Assembly (NCBI GenBank): GCA_045530855.1
Contig: JAZSCV010000005.1
Span: 3,087-67,086 of the forward strand
Source: Acutalibacteraceae bacterium
Lineage (GTDB): Bacteria; Bacillota; Clostridia; Oscillospirales; Acutalibacteraceae
DNA length: 64,000 nucleotides
Direction: 5' to 3'
The translations under genes and the position numbers were made by a program. Below are positions 1 through 13,003 of the stretch, one piece after another. The first letter of the stretch is position 1, and the number at the start of each line of letters is the position of its first letter. The notes beneath the pieces were generated by a model, which was not told the DNA's origin, ran no database searches, and was given only the letters and a program-made list of their open reading frames with translations.

Positions 1-1469
1 CTGCCATTTTCTTCGTGCTCTGCCAATGTATTTGCGTAGTAAATACCACCCTCAACATCGTGCCTGAAGTACAGATAATCTGTTTCTTCAGGGAAAAGAG
101 CCGCTCTGATAGCATCATCGCCCGGGTTTGCAATTGCACCCACAGGAAGGCCTACACAAGCATCACTATATGTGTCATAGTTATCGCGATACTGAAGGTA
201 TCTCTGAGTATCTTCTACAGACGAAGTAAGCTTTGGCTTGATTGTCTTCAAAAGATAATCCTCTGTGGAGTCGCACTGCAGAAGAGGGAATGCGCTTGTA
301 TCATCAAGACGATTATAAAGTATACCTGAAATAGGTGCCATCTGCTTCTTGTTTGCTGCTTCCTTCTGAATAATTGATGCCATTATAATAACTTCATCTA
401 CAGTAAGGTTTCTTGCCTCTACCTGCTCCTGGTATTCAGCAGTCCATTTAGTATTAAAGTTATTAAGGAATCGGCGAACAACACTTGAAGCATTTTCACC
501 AACATAAAATTCATAAGTATCAGGATAAATATATCCTTCCATTACACGGAAGCGTTTTTCCTTGTTGGGGATTGCCTTTATAAACTTATATTCATCTGAA
601 AAATCAACTGTCTGAAGTGTAGAAATAAAGCTTGATGCTGTACACACCTCATTTGTTTCCAGCTTCTCTGCAATCTGCTCAATAGTCCAGCCCTCAGGGA
701 ATGTAAGTGTAATTGTTTCTGCGCTCTTATAGTCAGTTTTCATTGTTGATATCATTTTCTCAACACCAAGCTTTGGAGTCAATGTGTAGATACCTGAAAT
801 ATACTCACCATCTTTATTAAAGAACTTAATAAACAGCTTACAGAAGGTCTTGTTATTTATAAGGTCATTTTCGTGAAGAATATCGATAACCTCTTCGTCT
901 GTCATACCCTTTTCAACTCTTACCTCGATTGATTTATCTTCAACCTTAAGAGCTAAAACATCGTTTATACAACCAATACCATAAAGGCAAAGAATACCGC
1001 TTACAACCACAATTATTGCAAGCATTATTGCTGCCGCTCTGGCTTTGCTTGATCTTTTCTTTTCCTTTGCAAGCGCATTTTCCTTTAAAGCTTCAGAGCG
1101 TTTGTTAACCTTACGCTTTGTTTCAGGGTTAATTGCAATACCCTGCTCGCGCGCCGCCTGATTTTTTATTGTTCTTGGCGGGTTAGAAAAATACACTCCG
1201 CTTTTTTTACCATTGTTTTCAGGCTTTTCAGAAGAAGAGCTGATATCCACCATATCACCATTGAATCTTTTGGACATTGAGGTTCTTGTGTCCTTCATTG
1301 GTGGTGGAGCAGGTCTTCTGACACCTGTTGGATTGTTGATATCTTTCGGATCTGAGGAAGAATAAACATCCACAGGTTCTTTTTTTACAGGTTGAGCCTT
1401 CGCTTCTTCTTTCATATCGTCTTCAAACATACTAAGAAGACTATCGTATCCATTGTTATTTTTATTCAT
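1..1469 (-). CDS. mltG: MltG/YceG-like endolytic murein transglycosylase (C-terminal end runs off the left window edge)
   Basis: Manual minus-strand translation is uninterrupted from ATG 1469 (alternative in-frame ATG 1430). It shows a basic/Pro-rich N-terminus, one TM helix (AAAIMLAIIVVVSGILCLYGI), then a YceG-type domain including MASIIQKEA, ending ...YLYFRHDVEGGIYYANTLAEHEENG at the edge. It is absent from the ORF track because no stop lies inside the window. Confidence 0.7.
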   Translation of the reverse strand, partial: MNKNNNGYDSLLSMFEDDMKEEAKAQPVKKEPVDVYSSSDPKDINNPTGVRRPAPPPMKDTRTSMSKRFNGDMVDISSSSEKPENNGKKSGVYFSNPPRTIKNQAAREQGIAINPETKRKVNKRSEALKENALAKEKKRSSKARAAAIMLAIIVVVSGILCLYGIGCINDVLALKVEDKSIEVRVEKGMTDEEVIDILHENDLINNKTFCKLFIKFFNKDGEYISGIYTLTPKLGVEKMISTMKTDYKSAETITLTFPEGWTIEQIAEKLETNEVCTASSFISTLQTVDFSDEYKFIKAIPNKEKRFRVMEGYIYPDTYEFYVGENASSVVRRFLNNFNTKWTAEYQEQVEARNLTVDEVIIMASIIQKEAANKKQMAPISGILYNRLDDTSAFPLLQCDSTEDYLLKTIKPKLTSSVEDTQRYLQYRDNYDTYSDACVGLPVGAIANPGDDAIRAALFPEETDYLYFRHDVEGGIYYANTLAEHEENG

Positions 1470-2067
1470 CACAATTCTCCTTCCGGATTGTCAGAATGTC
1501 TTTATCAGTAACAACAAGGTCAACAGACCTGTCGTATTTGCCGTGATAGAGTTCTTTTTGGATATTTGCGCTGTAGCAAACACCGATTGTTGAGCCCTTA
1601 TAGCGGGAAAGATACCTGTCATAGTAGCCCTTGCCGTAGCCTAAACGGTATCCGTTTTCATCAAACATAAATGCCGGCACTATGCACACAGTACCCTCTG
1701 TTGTACTCAACATAACATTTTTTTGAGGATCAGGCTCGTCTACACCAAAGCTCCCCGGTGACAGCTCATCAAGTGAATTTATATAGTAAAAATTCATTTC
1801 TGATTTACCGCCCTCGCACCTTGGCACAGCAACCCTTTTGCCCATTTGCAGAAGAGCATTTATAAAATCGCGTGTATCAACCTCTATTTCAGTTGAAACA
1901 TAGCAAAGAACTGTTTGTGCCTCGCGCACTACCCACAAGTTAAGTAACTTATTTTTTATTTTCCTGTCGAGCATTGCTTTGCTTTCAGGACTCATTGAAC
2001 GCCGCATTTCTCTTGCATCTGCCCTCAATTTTCTCTTTATCGGTCTGATATCTATTACTTTTTCCAT
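1462..2067 (-). CDS. 5-formyltetrahydrofolate cyclo-ligase
   Basis: 201 aa with the family-typical GYGKGYYDRYL motif near the C-terminus. Overlaps the mltG start by 8 nt. Confidence 0.85.
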   Translation of the reverse strand: MEKVIDIRPIKRKLRADAREMRRSMSPESKAMLDRKIKNKLLNLWVVREAQTVLCYVSTEIEVDTRDFINALLQMGKRVAVPRCEGGKSEMNFYYINSLDELSPGSFGVDEPDPQKNVMLSTTEGTVCIVPAFMFDENGYRLGYGKGYYDRYLSRYKGSTIGVCYSANIQKELYHGKYDRSVDLVVTDKDILTIRKENCDE

Positions 2068-2600
2068 TGAATTGCCTTAAGTATTGAATAGCTTTTTTCC
2101 TTGCCGACAAGCTGTGCGGCAATTTCCGCGCCGAACTCCCATGCAATACCTGCACCGCGTGCGGTAATTATATTACCATCGGTTACAACGCCCTCATCTT
2201 TTACATCTGCACCAACAAGACACTTTTCATAACCCGGATAGCAGGTTGCCGCTTTGCACCTAAGAATGCCTTTTTCACCTAAAACATAAGGTGCGGCACA
2301 AATTGCTGAAACAATTTTTCCGTTTTCTACGCAATAATCGATTGCCTTGTGAACATCTGCTGAATTATTAAGATTATCTGCACCCGGCATTCCACCCGGA
2401 AGAATAATACCCTGAAGCTTATCATCAAGCACCATTTCTTCTATATTAATATCTGCGCTTACTTTTATGCCATGGGTACTGCTTACAACATCCCCATCAA
2501 CACCAACAAGCACTGTTTCAACACCTGCACGCCTGAGAACATCTACAGGTGCCAATGCCTCAACCTCTTCAAAGCCATTTGCTAAAAATACGTAAATCAT
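2055..2600 (-). CDS. DJ-1/PfpI (ThiJ) family protein
   Basis: 181 aa. LPGGMPGA and the nucleophile-elbow AICAAP Cys motif are typical of the DJ-1/YajL family. Confidence 0.85.
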   Translation of the reverse strand: MIYVFLANGFEEVEALAPVDVLRRAGVETVLVGVDGDVVSSTHGIKVSADINIEEMVLDDKLQGIILPGGMPGADNLNNSADVHKAIDYCVENGKIVSAICAAPYVLGEKGILRCKAATCYPGYEKCLVGADVKDEGVVTDGNIITARGAGIAWEFGAEIAAQLVGKEKSYSILKAIQWKK

Positions 2601-2602
2601 TA

Positions 2603-3418
2603 TTAACCTCCGTAGGGAACACCGAAAAATCCATTATTAAAGCAAGGTGAACCATCTATACTTTTCACCATGCCGAAGGGCTTACCACCCCGGGTGCAAG
2701 GCCGTCTCAACAATAGATTTTCCGCATTTGTTATTTTAAAAATCTGTGATAAAAGTATGTTTTTATCACCAAAAAGCTCGTGAACAACTATACAGTCGTC
2801 ATCATTTTCGAAAACCGCATAGCCAATATCGTCAACCGAAAAGCAACATACACTTTCCACAGGCTTATAAAAGCTTTCAAAACCTTCTTCATTAAGAATT
2901 GCTGACGGTAAACTAATGTCAGAATTTCTGTAGGCTTTATATTCATTAAACGAAAGAGCTTTAACCTCTTCTGTTATGTCAAAGGAAAATGAGTTCAACC
3001 GCTGTTCTTTGTAAGTAAAGCCTACTTTAAAGCCGATTTTTTCATACATACCGAAAAGGCTTTCTTCTGCAGGCACAAGGAACAAATATGAAACTTCTCT
3101 GTTTTGTGCAACCCTTTCAAGCTCTTGAAAAAGACTTTTCATAAGCCCCAGACCGCGATACTCTTTCTTAGTACACACCGCATAAACATAATATGCTTTG
3201 TATTCCTTGCCATCAAGTGCAATCACAGAATCTATCGCATACAAAACACTTACGGGCTTTCCTTCGTGAAATACGCAGAATATATTTTGTGTTTTTGCGG
3301 TTTTTTCGAAAAAATTATTTATTACATTATCTGAATCGCCAAAAGCTTCCGCCCATAATTCTTTTAAAAGAGGAAAGCTTTCAGGCTTCGGATTTGCTAC
3401 ACTAAACGATTTTTGCAT
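2603..3418 (-). CDS. GNAT family N-acetyltransferase
   Basis: 271 aa. Acetyl-CoA binding motif A-like YRGLGLMKSLFQELE. Tightly packed in an operon with its neighbours. Confidence 0.65.
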   Translation of the reverse strand: MQKSFSVANPKPESFPLLKELWAEAFGDSDNVINNFFEKTAKTQNIFCVFHEGKPVSVLYAIDSVIALDGKEYKAYYVYAVCTKKEYRGLGLMKSLFQELERVAQNREVSYLFLVPAEESLFGMYEKIGFKVGFTYKEQRLNSFSFDITEEVKALSFNEYKAYRNSDISLPSAILNEEGFESFYKPVESVCCFSVDDIGYAVFENDDDCIVVHELFGDKNILLSQIFKITNAENLLLRRPCTRGGKPFGMVKSIDGSPCFNNGFFGVPYGG

Positions 3419-4286
3419 AATATTTTTTCACAAGAAATTCAGGTTGGTATGATGTTTTTGCTTTTCTCAGGCTTTCAACACCTGCATCATCTTCCCTGTT
3501 GATATATTTATATTTTTCAAAAAGTTTTTCTGCGAAAAGCTTATTTACAACAGCATATGCAGAAGAAAAATCCTTAGATGCTTTTTCGAAATGGGTGCAG
3601 AAGGTTTCACCATCTGCCATAGCCTCACCCATACAATAGGCAACCACCTTGCCATCCACCTTTAGCACACCACCATAGAAGTTTAAATAAAAGAAATTTT
3701 TGAAGGCACAGGCAATAACCTGTCTTTCTGCTTCAAGGCGCTGTGTACTCTGGTTTTCCATAAACCAATTATTTGAGAAATCAAGACATTCCTTTATGTT
3801 TTTTCCGGTTATCTCTTCGAATGTGTATTTATACTTTCTGTTGAAAGAGTTCACATGATTTTTCTTAGAATGAAGCTTTCTCCCCGAGAGTGTTGAAAGT
3901 TTTTCTGAAAGATAAACATAATCAAAATAATCTCTTTGTTCCTTGAGAAACAATTTGTTGCCAAAGTATTTCTCCAAAAAAGGAATCTGCTCTTCTGCAA
4001 CACAGAAAAAGCTCAAATCTGCAGAGCGCTCTTCAGCATCGTTAACAACTTCCTCGAGAGCCTTATAAATATCACCCTCGCCCCAAGGGAAAGCATATGA
4101 TGTTACCCCGTTAAAGGTGCATCGCAAAAAGAGAAAACCATCTTTTTCTGCAATTTCGGTATGCTCTGCTGTACTCCACGCAAAAAGATTACCAAATGTA
4201 AAATCGCACATCTTTTTACAGCAATTGGGAATATATTTCTCCAGCAAGGCTTTATCTTCAATCTTTAAATGTCTTAATTCAAGCAT
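3402..4286 (-). CDS. DUF2156-like protein (lysyl-phosphatidylglycerol synthase C-terminal-like, GNAT fold)
   Basis: 294 aa. The N-terminal pattern CDFTFGNLFAWS and the overall size recall DUF2156 proteins. This is recognition from memory only. Confidence 0.5.
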   Translation of the reverse strand: MLELRHLKIEDKALLEKYIPNCCKKMCDFTFGNLFAWSTAEHTEIAEKDGFLFLRCTFNGVTSYAFPWGEGDIYKALEEVVNDAEERSADLSFFCVAEEQIPFLEKYFGNKLFLKEQRDYFDYVYLSEKLSTLSGRKLHSKKNHVNSFNRKYKYTFEEITGKNIKECLDFSNNWFMENQSTQRLEAERQVIACAFKNFFYLNFYGGVLKVDGKVVAYCMGEAMADGETFCTHFEKASKDFSSAYAVVNKLFAEKLFEKYKYINREDDAGVESLRKAKTSYQPEFLVKKYYAKIV

Positions 4287-4289
4287 AAA

Positions 4290-4958
4290 TTATTTTTTTA
4301 ATGTCTTTAAAACAAGGCTATATACTTTATCGTTTATTTCTTCAATAGAAAGAGGCTCACCATTTTCTGCACAGTTTATAACATCCCAACCGTACTTTTC
4401 CGCGGCATAAAGAGCAGCCTCACGGCAGGCATTTAGAAACTCTACGTTTGCTTCGTGAACATCCTTCTTTGTTTCGTCACCATTATATCTTTCTGTCATA
4501 AGGCGCTGAGAAACCTCAACGGGCATATCAAGAAAAATAACTTTATCAGGAGCAGGTATGCCGATTTTGTTATATTCAAAATCAAAAAGCCACTCAAGAT
4601 ACTCATCCCACTCATTTTTATTGAGCTTTGTCATCTGATAAAGGGCATTTGCAGGTGTATAACGGTCGGCAAAAATCAATTTACCTGCCTTATAGTCATT
4701 ACCCCATTTTTCTGTAAAAGACGCGAATCTGTCTGCAGCATAAAGTACAGATGTGGCATAGGCATTCACATCGCCCGCATTTTTGCCAAAGTCACCTGCA
4801 AGATATTTACGAACAAGAATACTTGATTCACTTTCGTAATCAGGAAGCTTGATTTGTTTAAAATCTATACCATCCTGCAAAAGCCTTTTGCAAATAAGCT
4901 CGGTTTGTGTTGTTTTACCACTACCATCCAAGCCCTCTAAATCAACAAAAATACCCAT
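4290..4958 (-). CDS. tmk: dTMP (thymidylate) kinase
   Basis: 222 aa. P-loop LEGLDGSGKTTQ and a DRY motif (FADRYTPAN). Confidence 0.8.
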   Translation of the reverse strand: MGIFVDLEGLDGSGKTTQTELICKRLLQDGIDFKQIKLPDYESESSILVRKYLAGDFGKNAGDVNAYATSVLYAADRFASFTEKWGNDYKAGKLIFADRYTPANALYQMTKLNKNEWDEYLEWLFDFEYNKIGIPAPDKVIFLDMPVEVSQRLMTERYNGDETKKDVHEANVEFLNACREAALYAAEKYGWDVINCAENGEPLSIEEINDKVYSLVLKTLKK

Positions 4959-5084
4959 TAAAGCTATTATCCTTTCAAAAAGACATAATTATACTTATAC
5001 TATTAAATAATACAATAAAATTCACTTACTGTCAAATAATGTTTGCTGATTTTAGAAAATTTTAATTTTTTCTTCATTTTTTCT

Positions 5085-5121
5085 TATAAAAAAGCACTTT
5101 CGGGTTAATCCCGAAAGTGCT
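5085..5121 (-). terminator. Intrinsic terminator downstream of trxA
   Basis: 12-bp stem agcactttcggg/cccgaaagtgct (5093-5104/5110-5121) followed by a T-run on the minus strand. Confidence 0.7.
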
Positions 5122-5133
5122 CTGCAATTGATT

Positions 5134-5445
5134 TTAACCTTTTACAAGCTGTAAAATCTTTTCTTCCTTCATAACACCTATGCCTTTGTTTACAAGCTTT
5201 CCGTCTTTGAATACGAGAAGTGTGGGAATGCTTTCAATACCATATGCAACAGCAAGTGACATTTCTTCGTCTACATTCACCTTACCAACCACAATACCTG
5301 AATTTTCCTTTGCAATTTTTTCAACTGTTGGTGCAATCATCTGACAAGGACCACACCATGTTGCCCAGAAATCCAAAAGCACGGGCTTTTCACTTTTTAA
5401 AACTAACTCTTCAAAATTAGCACCTGTAATTTTTAATTCTGCCAT
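5134..5445 (-). CDS. trxA: Thioredoxin
   Basis: WCGPC active site. I prefer the ATG at 5445 (MAELKITG..., RBS AAAGGA upstream, 103 aa) over the track's TTG at 5463. Confidence 0.9.
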   Translation of the reverse strand: MAELKITGANFEELVLKSEKPVLLDFWATWCGPCQMIAPTVEKIAKENSGIVVGKVNVDEEMSLAVAYGIESIPTLLVFKDGKLVNKGIGVMKEEKILQLVKG

Positions 5446-5459
5446 ATTTTTCAATCCTT

Positions 5460-5660
5460 TCAATCTTTAGATTTATAGTAGAGCATACAATGGCAATACC
5501 CCTCAAAATCAGGGTCTGCAATCTGCTCACGGAATTCTTTGCAAATACATTTATTTTCGGGTGTTTTTTGAAGTCTGCAGGGACAGTAGCCATCCTTTTC
5601 TTTTAACCCCTTTTTTATTTTTTCCACAACTGCTTTATCTTCATTTAACCTTACTGCCAT
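5460..5660 (-). CDS. Ferredoxin-thioredoxin reductase catalytic-subunit-like mini-protein
   Basis: 66 aa with Cys pattern CPCR...CIC...CHC, resembling the FTR-beta 4Fe-4S/disulfide motif. Sits directly upstream of trxA on the same strand. Confidence 0.55.
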   Translation of the reverse strand: MAVRLNEDKAVVEKIKKGLKEKDGYCPCRLQKTPENKCICKEFREQIADPDFEGYCHCMLYYKSKD

Positions 5661-5808
5661 AATATCACCTCATTAAATGGTTGTCACTTATAGAATATAT
5701 GATTTGCCTCATCTTTTCAATATATTACAAAATATTTCTTTACTTTTTGTGAAAAGAGTGTAAAATATTTTTAAATACTATTTAACATAAATTAACGGAG
5801 TTGTAAAA

Positions 5809-6351
5809 ATGAAAAATATATTCAACGAAGCATATGCTTGTGCTTGCGAAATAATAGAAGCTGCAAAGCTTGTTGAGGGTGATATTCTTGTTGTTGGTTG
5901 CTCAACAAGTGAAGTATTAGGCAGCAAAATTGGTACAGATTCGAGCCCCGAAACAGCAAGAGAGCTTTTCGAGGGAATAAAAAAAGCTACTGACGAAGCA
6001 GGTGTTTTCATTGCGGCGCAATGCTGTGAACACCTTAACAGGGCAATAATAATTGAAAAGGACGCTGTAAAAGGCTGTGAAATATGCAATGTTGTGCCTC
6101 AACCAAAAGCAGGTGGTTCTTTTGCAACAATGGCATACAGTACATTTAAAAATCCTGTTGCAGTTGAGGAAATCAAGGCAGATGCAGGTATTGATATAGG
6201 CTTCACAATGATTGGTATGCATTTGAAAAAAGTTGCAGTTCCCGTAAGATTAAAAAATAACAAAATCGGTGAAGCAACTGTATTGGGCGCAAGAGTAAGG
6301 CCGAAATTCATTGGCGGCGAAAGAGCCGTTTACGATAGTGAAATAATGTAA
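5809..6351 (+). CDS. TIGR01440/UPF0340 (YwlG-like) family protein
   Basis: 180 aa. DILVVGCSTSEVLGSKIGT is the signature region of the YwlG family. Confidence 0.7.
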   Translation: MKNIFNEAYACACEIIEAAKLVEGDILVVGCSTSEVLGSKIGTDSSPETARELFEGIKKATDEAGVFIAAQCCEHLNRAIIIEKDAVKGCEICNVVPQPKAGGSFATMAYSTFKNPVAVEEIKADAGIDIGFTMIGMHLKKVAVPVRLKNNKIGEATVLGARVRPKFIGGERAVYDSEIM

Positions 6352-6368
6352 AAGCTGACAATAAACAA

Positions 6369-6408
6369 CAGAGGTAATACGGACACCCGTATTACCTCTG
6401 TGATTTTA
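6369..6408. terminator. Bidirectional terminator between convergent genes
   Basis: 14-bp perfect stem cagaggtaatacgg/ccgtattacctctg with an acac loop. T-rich on both flanks. Confidence 0.7.
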
Positions 6409-6419
6409 TAACATCAAAA

Positions 6420-7439
6420 TTATTTAAGTAAATCGTTAAAAAGCTTAATGTTTGACGCCTGAGGTTTTAATTCTCCTGCCTGACATTTTTTAACGATTTC
6501 AACAATGCGGTCATTGATTGGTGTTGGAACATTACATTTTCTGCCCCATTCACAAACAACGCCGTTAATTGCATCAATTTCACAAGATTTACCGTGCTTT
6601 AAATCCTGAAGCATAGATGGCTCAATATCGCGATGCTTTTTCATAGCAATAGGGATAAGCATTGTACCGATTGCGCGCTTAAAGGAATTTGTGTAGTAGA
6701 AAAGCTTTGTAATGTTTTTACCTTGTACAGGCGCAAATTCAACACCTGCCGCATGACCTACATCTATACATTCCTTCATACAACGGATTGCAACCTTGCT
6801 TGCCTCTTTATTTTCGGAAACATCACCGAAAACACCGCCTACAACTGTACCGAGGCCTGAGAATGTAGCATTAATAAGAAGCTTTGACCAACGTGCACCC
6901 ATAAGGTTTGGTTCTTCATGTACAGGGCACATAAGCTCCAAAAGGTCTTTAACCATTTTGAATTGCTCATCTGTGATGCCATCCAGCTTACCCATATGGA
7001 AGGAAAGGCTGTCCTTATCACTTGTGAGCTCACAAACGCCCGGCTCAACTAATGCTGCGCCCCATTCTACCGCACAGCCCATAGTGTGGTCTGCACCTAC
7101 GATTTCTGCAATACCCGGTTCAGGGATACCATTCTGTAAAGTTACGATAACACCTTTTTCAGACAAGAAATTTTTGAGATTTGTAACAACCTCTTTGTTG
7201 AAAAGCTGTTTTGTAAGAAGAACGATTACATCGTACTCGCCTGTCATTTCATCGGGAGTAATGGCGGTAACAGGAACAGTCATTTCTACTGTGCCCTTGA
7301 TTTGCGCACCTTTTTCGTTAAGGGCTGCTACGTGAGCCTTGTTTCTGTTTATAAGGTCTACCTGACCACCATTCTTTGTAATGAAAGCACCGAGCACAGT
7401 ACCTAAAGAGCCAGCACCGTAAATTGCATATCTACCCAT
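6420..7439 (-). CDS. panE: 2-dehydropantoate 2-reductase (ketopantoate reductase, ApbA/PanE family)
   Basis: 339 aa. N-terminal Rossmann motif IYGAGSLGTVLGAF. Size and layout are typical of PanE. Confidence 0.75.
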   Translation of the reverse strand: MGRYAIYGAGSLGTVLGAFITKNGGQVDLINRNKAHVAALNEKGAQIKGTVEMTVPVTAITPDEMTGEYDVIVLLTKQLFNKEVVTNLKNFLSEKGVIVTLQNGIPEPGIAEIVGADHTMGCAVEWGAALVEPGVCELTSDKDSLSFHMGKLDGITDEQFKMVKDLLELMCPVHEEPNLMGARWSKLLINATFSGLGTVVGGVFGDVSENKEASKVAIRCMKECIDVGHAAGVEFAPVQGKNITKLFYYTNSFKRAIGTMLIPIAMKKHRDIEPSMLQDLKHGKSCEIDAINGVVCEWGRKCNVPTPINDRIVEIVKKCQAGELKPQASNIKLFNDLLK

Positions 7440-7624
7440 ACGTACACCTCATTCGAAGATTGATAAATTTATAACATAAATTATAGCACAGTTAAGTAGT
7501 TTGTGCAATAGTATAAATAAAAACGTTATACTGTAGGGATCAGACAGACATTATCAATGGGGCAACCCCCTCTTTTTATCAAAAAATTAAAGAGCACTAC
7601 CCGTTGGCAGTACTCTTTTGATTT

Positions 7625-7717
7625 TGGCGGAGAGCAAGGGATTCGAACCCTCGAAACGGTTTTGGCCGTTTACACGATTTCCAATCGTGCTCCTTCGACC
7701 AGCTCGGACAACTCTCC
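7625..7717 (-). tRNA. tRNA-Ser (anticodon GGA), CCA encoded
   Basis: Minus strand reads GGAGAGTTGTCCGAGCTGGTCGAAGGAGCACGATTGGAAATCGTGTAAACGGCCAAAACCGTTTCGAGGGTTCGAATCCCTTGCTCTCCGCCA. Acceptor, D, anticodon (CACGA-TTGGAAA-TCGTG) and T (GGTTCGAATCC) arms are present, with the long variable arm of a class II tRNA. Confidence 0.9.
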
Positions 7718-7936
7718 ATCTGTTCAAACAAACAAAAACTATTATATCTTGACTTTCAAGACCTTGATATTATAACTAAACAATAAAAAAAAATCAAGAG
7801 ATATTTTGAAAAATGTTTAATCCCGTACGTTTTGTCAACTTAACCAAATTATACCCCTTTGTTTCTACAGTCTGTTTTTCTTTTTATTATTGAAAGAGCA
7901 ATACTTAATATGTTATCATATGATAGGTGATTTTTA

Positions 7937-8557
7937 ATGTTTAAAGCTGAAAAAGGGTGCCATATTTTCTGCTGTCCCACAAAGAAGAAAAATCCTCTTT
8001 TAGGCGAGAGTGTAATCGGCTTCCCGGCAGACTATACTGTACTTGACCTTGAAACTACAGGACTTAACCCGGCGACAGATTTAATTATTGAATATGCTGC
8101 TGTCAAAGTTCGCAACAATCAGGTTGTTGACACATTCCAGAGCCTTTGCGACCCGGGATTTCCCATTCCTCCTCAAATCGAAATGATTACGGGAATTACA
8201 ACGGAAATGGTGCGGTTTTCACCTAATCCGCGCAAGGTTTTACCTGATTTTTTAGATTTTGTTGGTGAGGACATTATTGTTGGCCACAACGTTTTATTTG
8301 ATGTGCGATTTATTGCCGCATCTAATGGTGAATTTAAAAACACTTATATTGACACAATGAAGCTTTTCAGAAAGCTACACCCTAACCTTTCACACCATCG
8401 GCTTTCTGATATGGTTGACTTTTACAACCAACAAAATGAAAATGCCCACAGAGCCTTGTCGGACTGCTTTGCTACATATGGTTGCCTTGAAGCAATGGGT
8501 AACGAAGTAAAAAGAAGCTTTGGAAGTACAGATGATTTTTTAAAAACCTTAAAATAA
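7937..8557 (+). CDS. DnaQ-like 3'-5' exonuclease (DEDDh)
   Basis: Exo I VLDLETTGL, Exo II GHNVLFDVRF, Exo III HRALSDC. Confidence 0.8.
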   Translation: MFKAEKGCHIFCCPTKKKNPLLGESVIGFPADYTVLDLETTGLNPATDLIIEYAAVKVRNNQVVDTFQSLCDPGFPIPPQIEMITGITTEMVRFSPNPRKVLPDFLDFVGEDIIVGHNVLFDVRFIAASNGEFKNTYIDTMKLFRKLHPNLSHHRLSDMVDFYNQQNENAHRALSDCFATYGCLEAMGNEVKRSFGSTDDFLKTLK

Positions 8558-8575
8558 TTTGCAAAAGAGGAATAG

Positions 8576-11596
<3,021 letters not shown>

Positions 11597-11608
11597 GGAG
11601 TTGAAAAC

Positions 11609-13000
11609 ATGAAAAACCTAAAAAGCAAGTTAGGCTACGGTGTAGGTGCCATAGGCCTTGATTTAAGTTACGGTCTTTTCTATTCGTATCTTGCAAAATA
11701 TTTTACAGATACACTTGACCTTAACTACTGGTTTCTTTTGTTGCTGACTCCTGTTGCGCGTATATGGGACGGTATAAATGACCCTATGATGGGTACAATT
11801 GTTGACAACACAAGAACAAAAATGGGCAAATACCGCCCCTGGATACTTATAGGAGCTTGTTGCAATGCCATTGTTCTTTCACTTTTGTTCACAAACCCCG
11901 GTCTTGCAACAGACGGATTAGGCATCCACATTTACGTTGCAGTGTTCTATGTTTTATGGGGTATGACAAATACTATGGCGGACATCCCCTACTGGTCAAT
12001 GGTGCCGTCATTCACAAGCGACCCTACCGAAAGAAATATCATTGCAACAATTGCAAGAACATTTTCGGGTCTTGGCCAGGGTATAATTTCCATACTTACA
12101 CCTGTAATGCTCCCGATTTTCAGTGTTACAATACTTAATGGTGAAAAGGTTGCTGATGCAAAGGGTTACAGCACCTGGGCAATTATTTGTGCTATTGCTC
12201 TTATTGGCTTCTCTGCCCTCTCTGTTTCACAAACAAAGGAAAGAGTTATTACAACGCCAAAGGAAAAATTCTCATTCAAGAAAATTTTCAGAGTTATAGG
12301 TGCTAACGACCAATTGCGTACATTTATGCTTTTTGCAATGCTTTCAAATGCAGGCTATTATATGATTTCCGGCGTAAGTGTTTACTTCTTCGATGTTGTT
12401 GTAGGCGACCCATCGAAGCAATCTACATTTAACCTTATTGGTGCGGTGGGCTCTGTGCTCGGTCTTGCAGTTGTGCCTGTTCTTACAAAATTCATTTCCC
12501 GCAAAAGAACATACCAGGTATCCCTTTGCCTTATTCTTGCAGGCTTTATAGGTATGCTTATCTGTGCAAATACAAAGGCTTATATGGCAATGAATTTCTG
12601 TTACTTACTTGCATCCATAGGTGTTGCATCTATGTTCGTTTCACAAACAGTTTTCCTTGCAGATATTGTTGACTATGGTGAAATTAAAATGGGTAGCCGT
12701 GCAGAATCCGTTACCTTCTCAATGAAGGGCTTCTTGCAAAAAATGGCTTACACTATTCAGACAATCATACTTTTCTCCGGCCTTATTATTTCAAACTACA
12801 CTCCAAGAAGTGCAGAAAAGCTCATTTACACACAGGCAGAGCAAAGTGCAGTAAGCTTTATGATGCTTATCTGCCCCATTATTCTTGTTACACTTTCACT
12901 TATTGTTTTTTCAACAAAATACAAGCTCCATGGCGAGTTTATGGAAAACATCACAAAACAGATTAATGAAAAACATATTGAATTTGCAAAAGAGGTTTAA
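11609..13000 (+). CDS. Glycoside-pentoside-hexuronide (GPH):cation symporter
   Basis: 463 aa polytopic protein. GPH signature WDGINDPMMGTIVDNTRTKMGKYRPW. Immediately follows lacZ. Confidence 0.85.
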   Translation: MKNLKSKLGYGVGAIGLDLSYGLFYSYLAKYFTDTLDLNYWFLLLLTPVARIWDGINDPMMGTIVDNTRTKMGKYRPWILIGACCNAIVLSLLFTNPGLATDGLGIHIYVAVFYVLWGMTNTMADIPYWSMVPSFTSDPTERNIIATIARTFSGLGQGIISILTPVMLPIFSVTILNGEKVADAKGYSTWAIICAIALIGFSALSVSQTKERVITTPKEKFSFKKIFRVIGANDQLRTFMLFAMLSNAGYYMISGVSVYFFDVVVGDPSKQSTFNLIGAVGSVLGLAVVPVLTKFISRKRTYQVSLCLILAGFIGMLICANTKAYMAMNFCYLLASIGVASMFVSQTVFLADIVDYGEIKMGSRAESVTFSMKGFLQKMAYTIQTIILFSGLIISNYTPRSAEKLIYTQAEQSAVSFMMLICPIILVTLSLIVFSTKYKLHGEFMENITKQINEKHIEFAKEV

Positions 13001-13003
13001 CAA

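Noticed and set aside
15-329. Track ORF of 104 aa on the plus strand at the left edge.
   Set aside because: It is antisense to the C-terminal YceG domain of mltG and has a Cys/Ile-rich shadow composition.
6796-7335. Track ORF of 179 aa on the plus strand. The same reasoning applies to 5778..6089, 5917..6222, 17626..18012, 18110..18574, 19480..19983, 22239..22664, 30938..31390, 35633..36010 and 36080..36502.
   Set aside because: All lie antisense to, or out of frame within, well-supported genes with recognisable motifs. They have no RBS and Ser/Leu-rich shadow-ORF composition.
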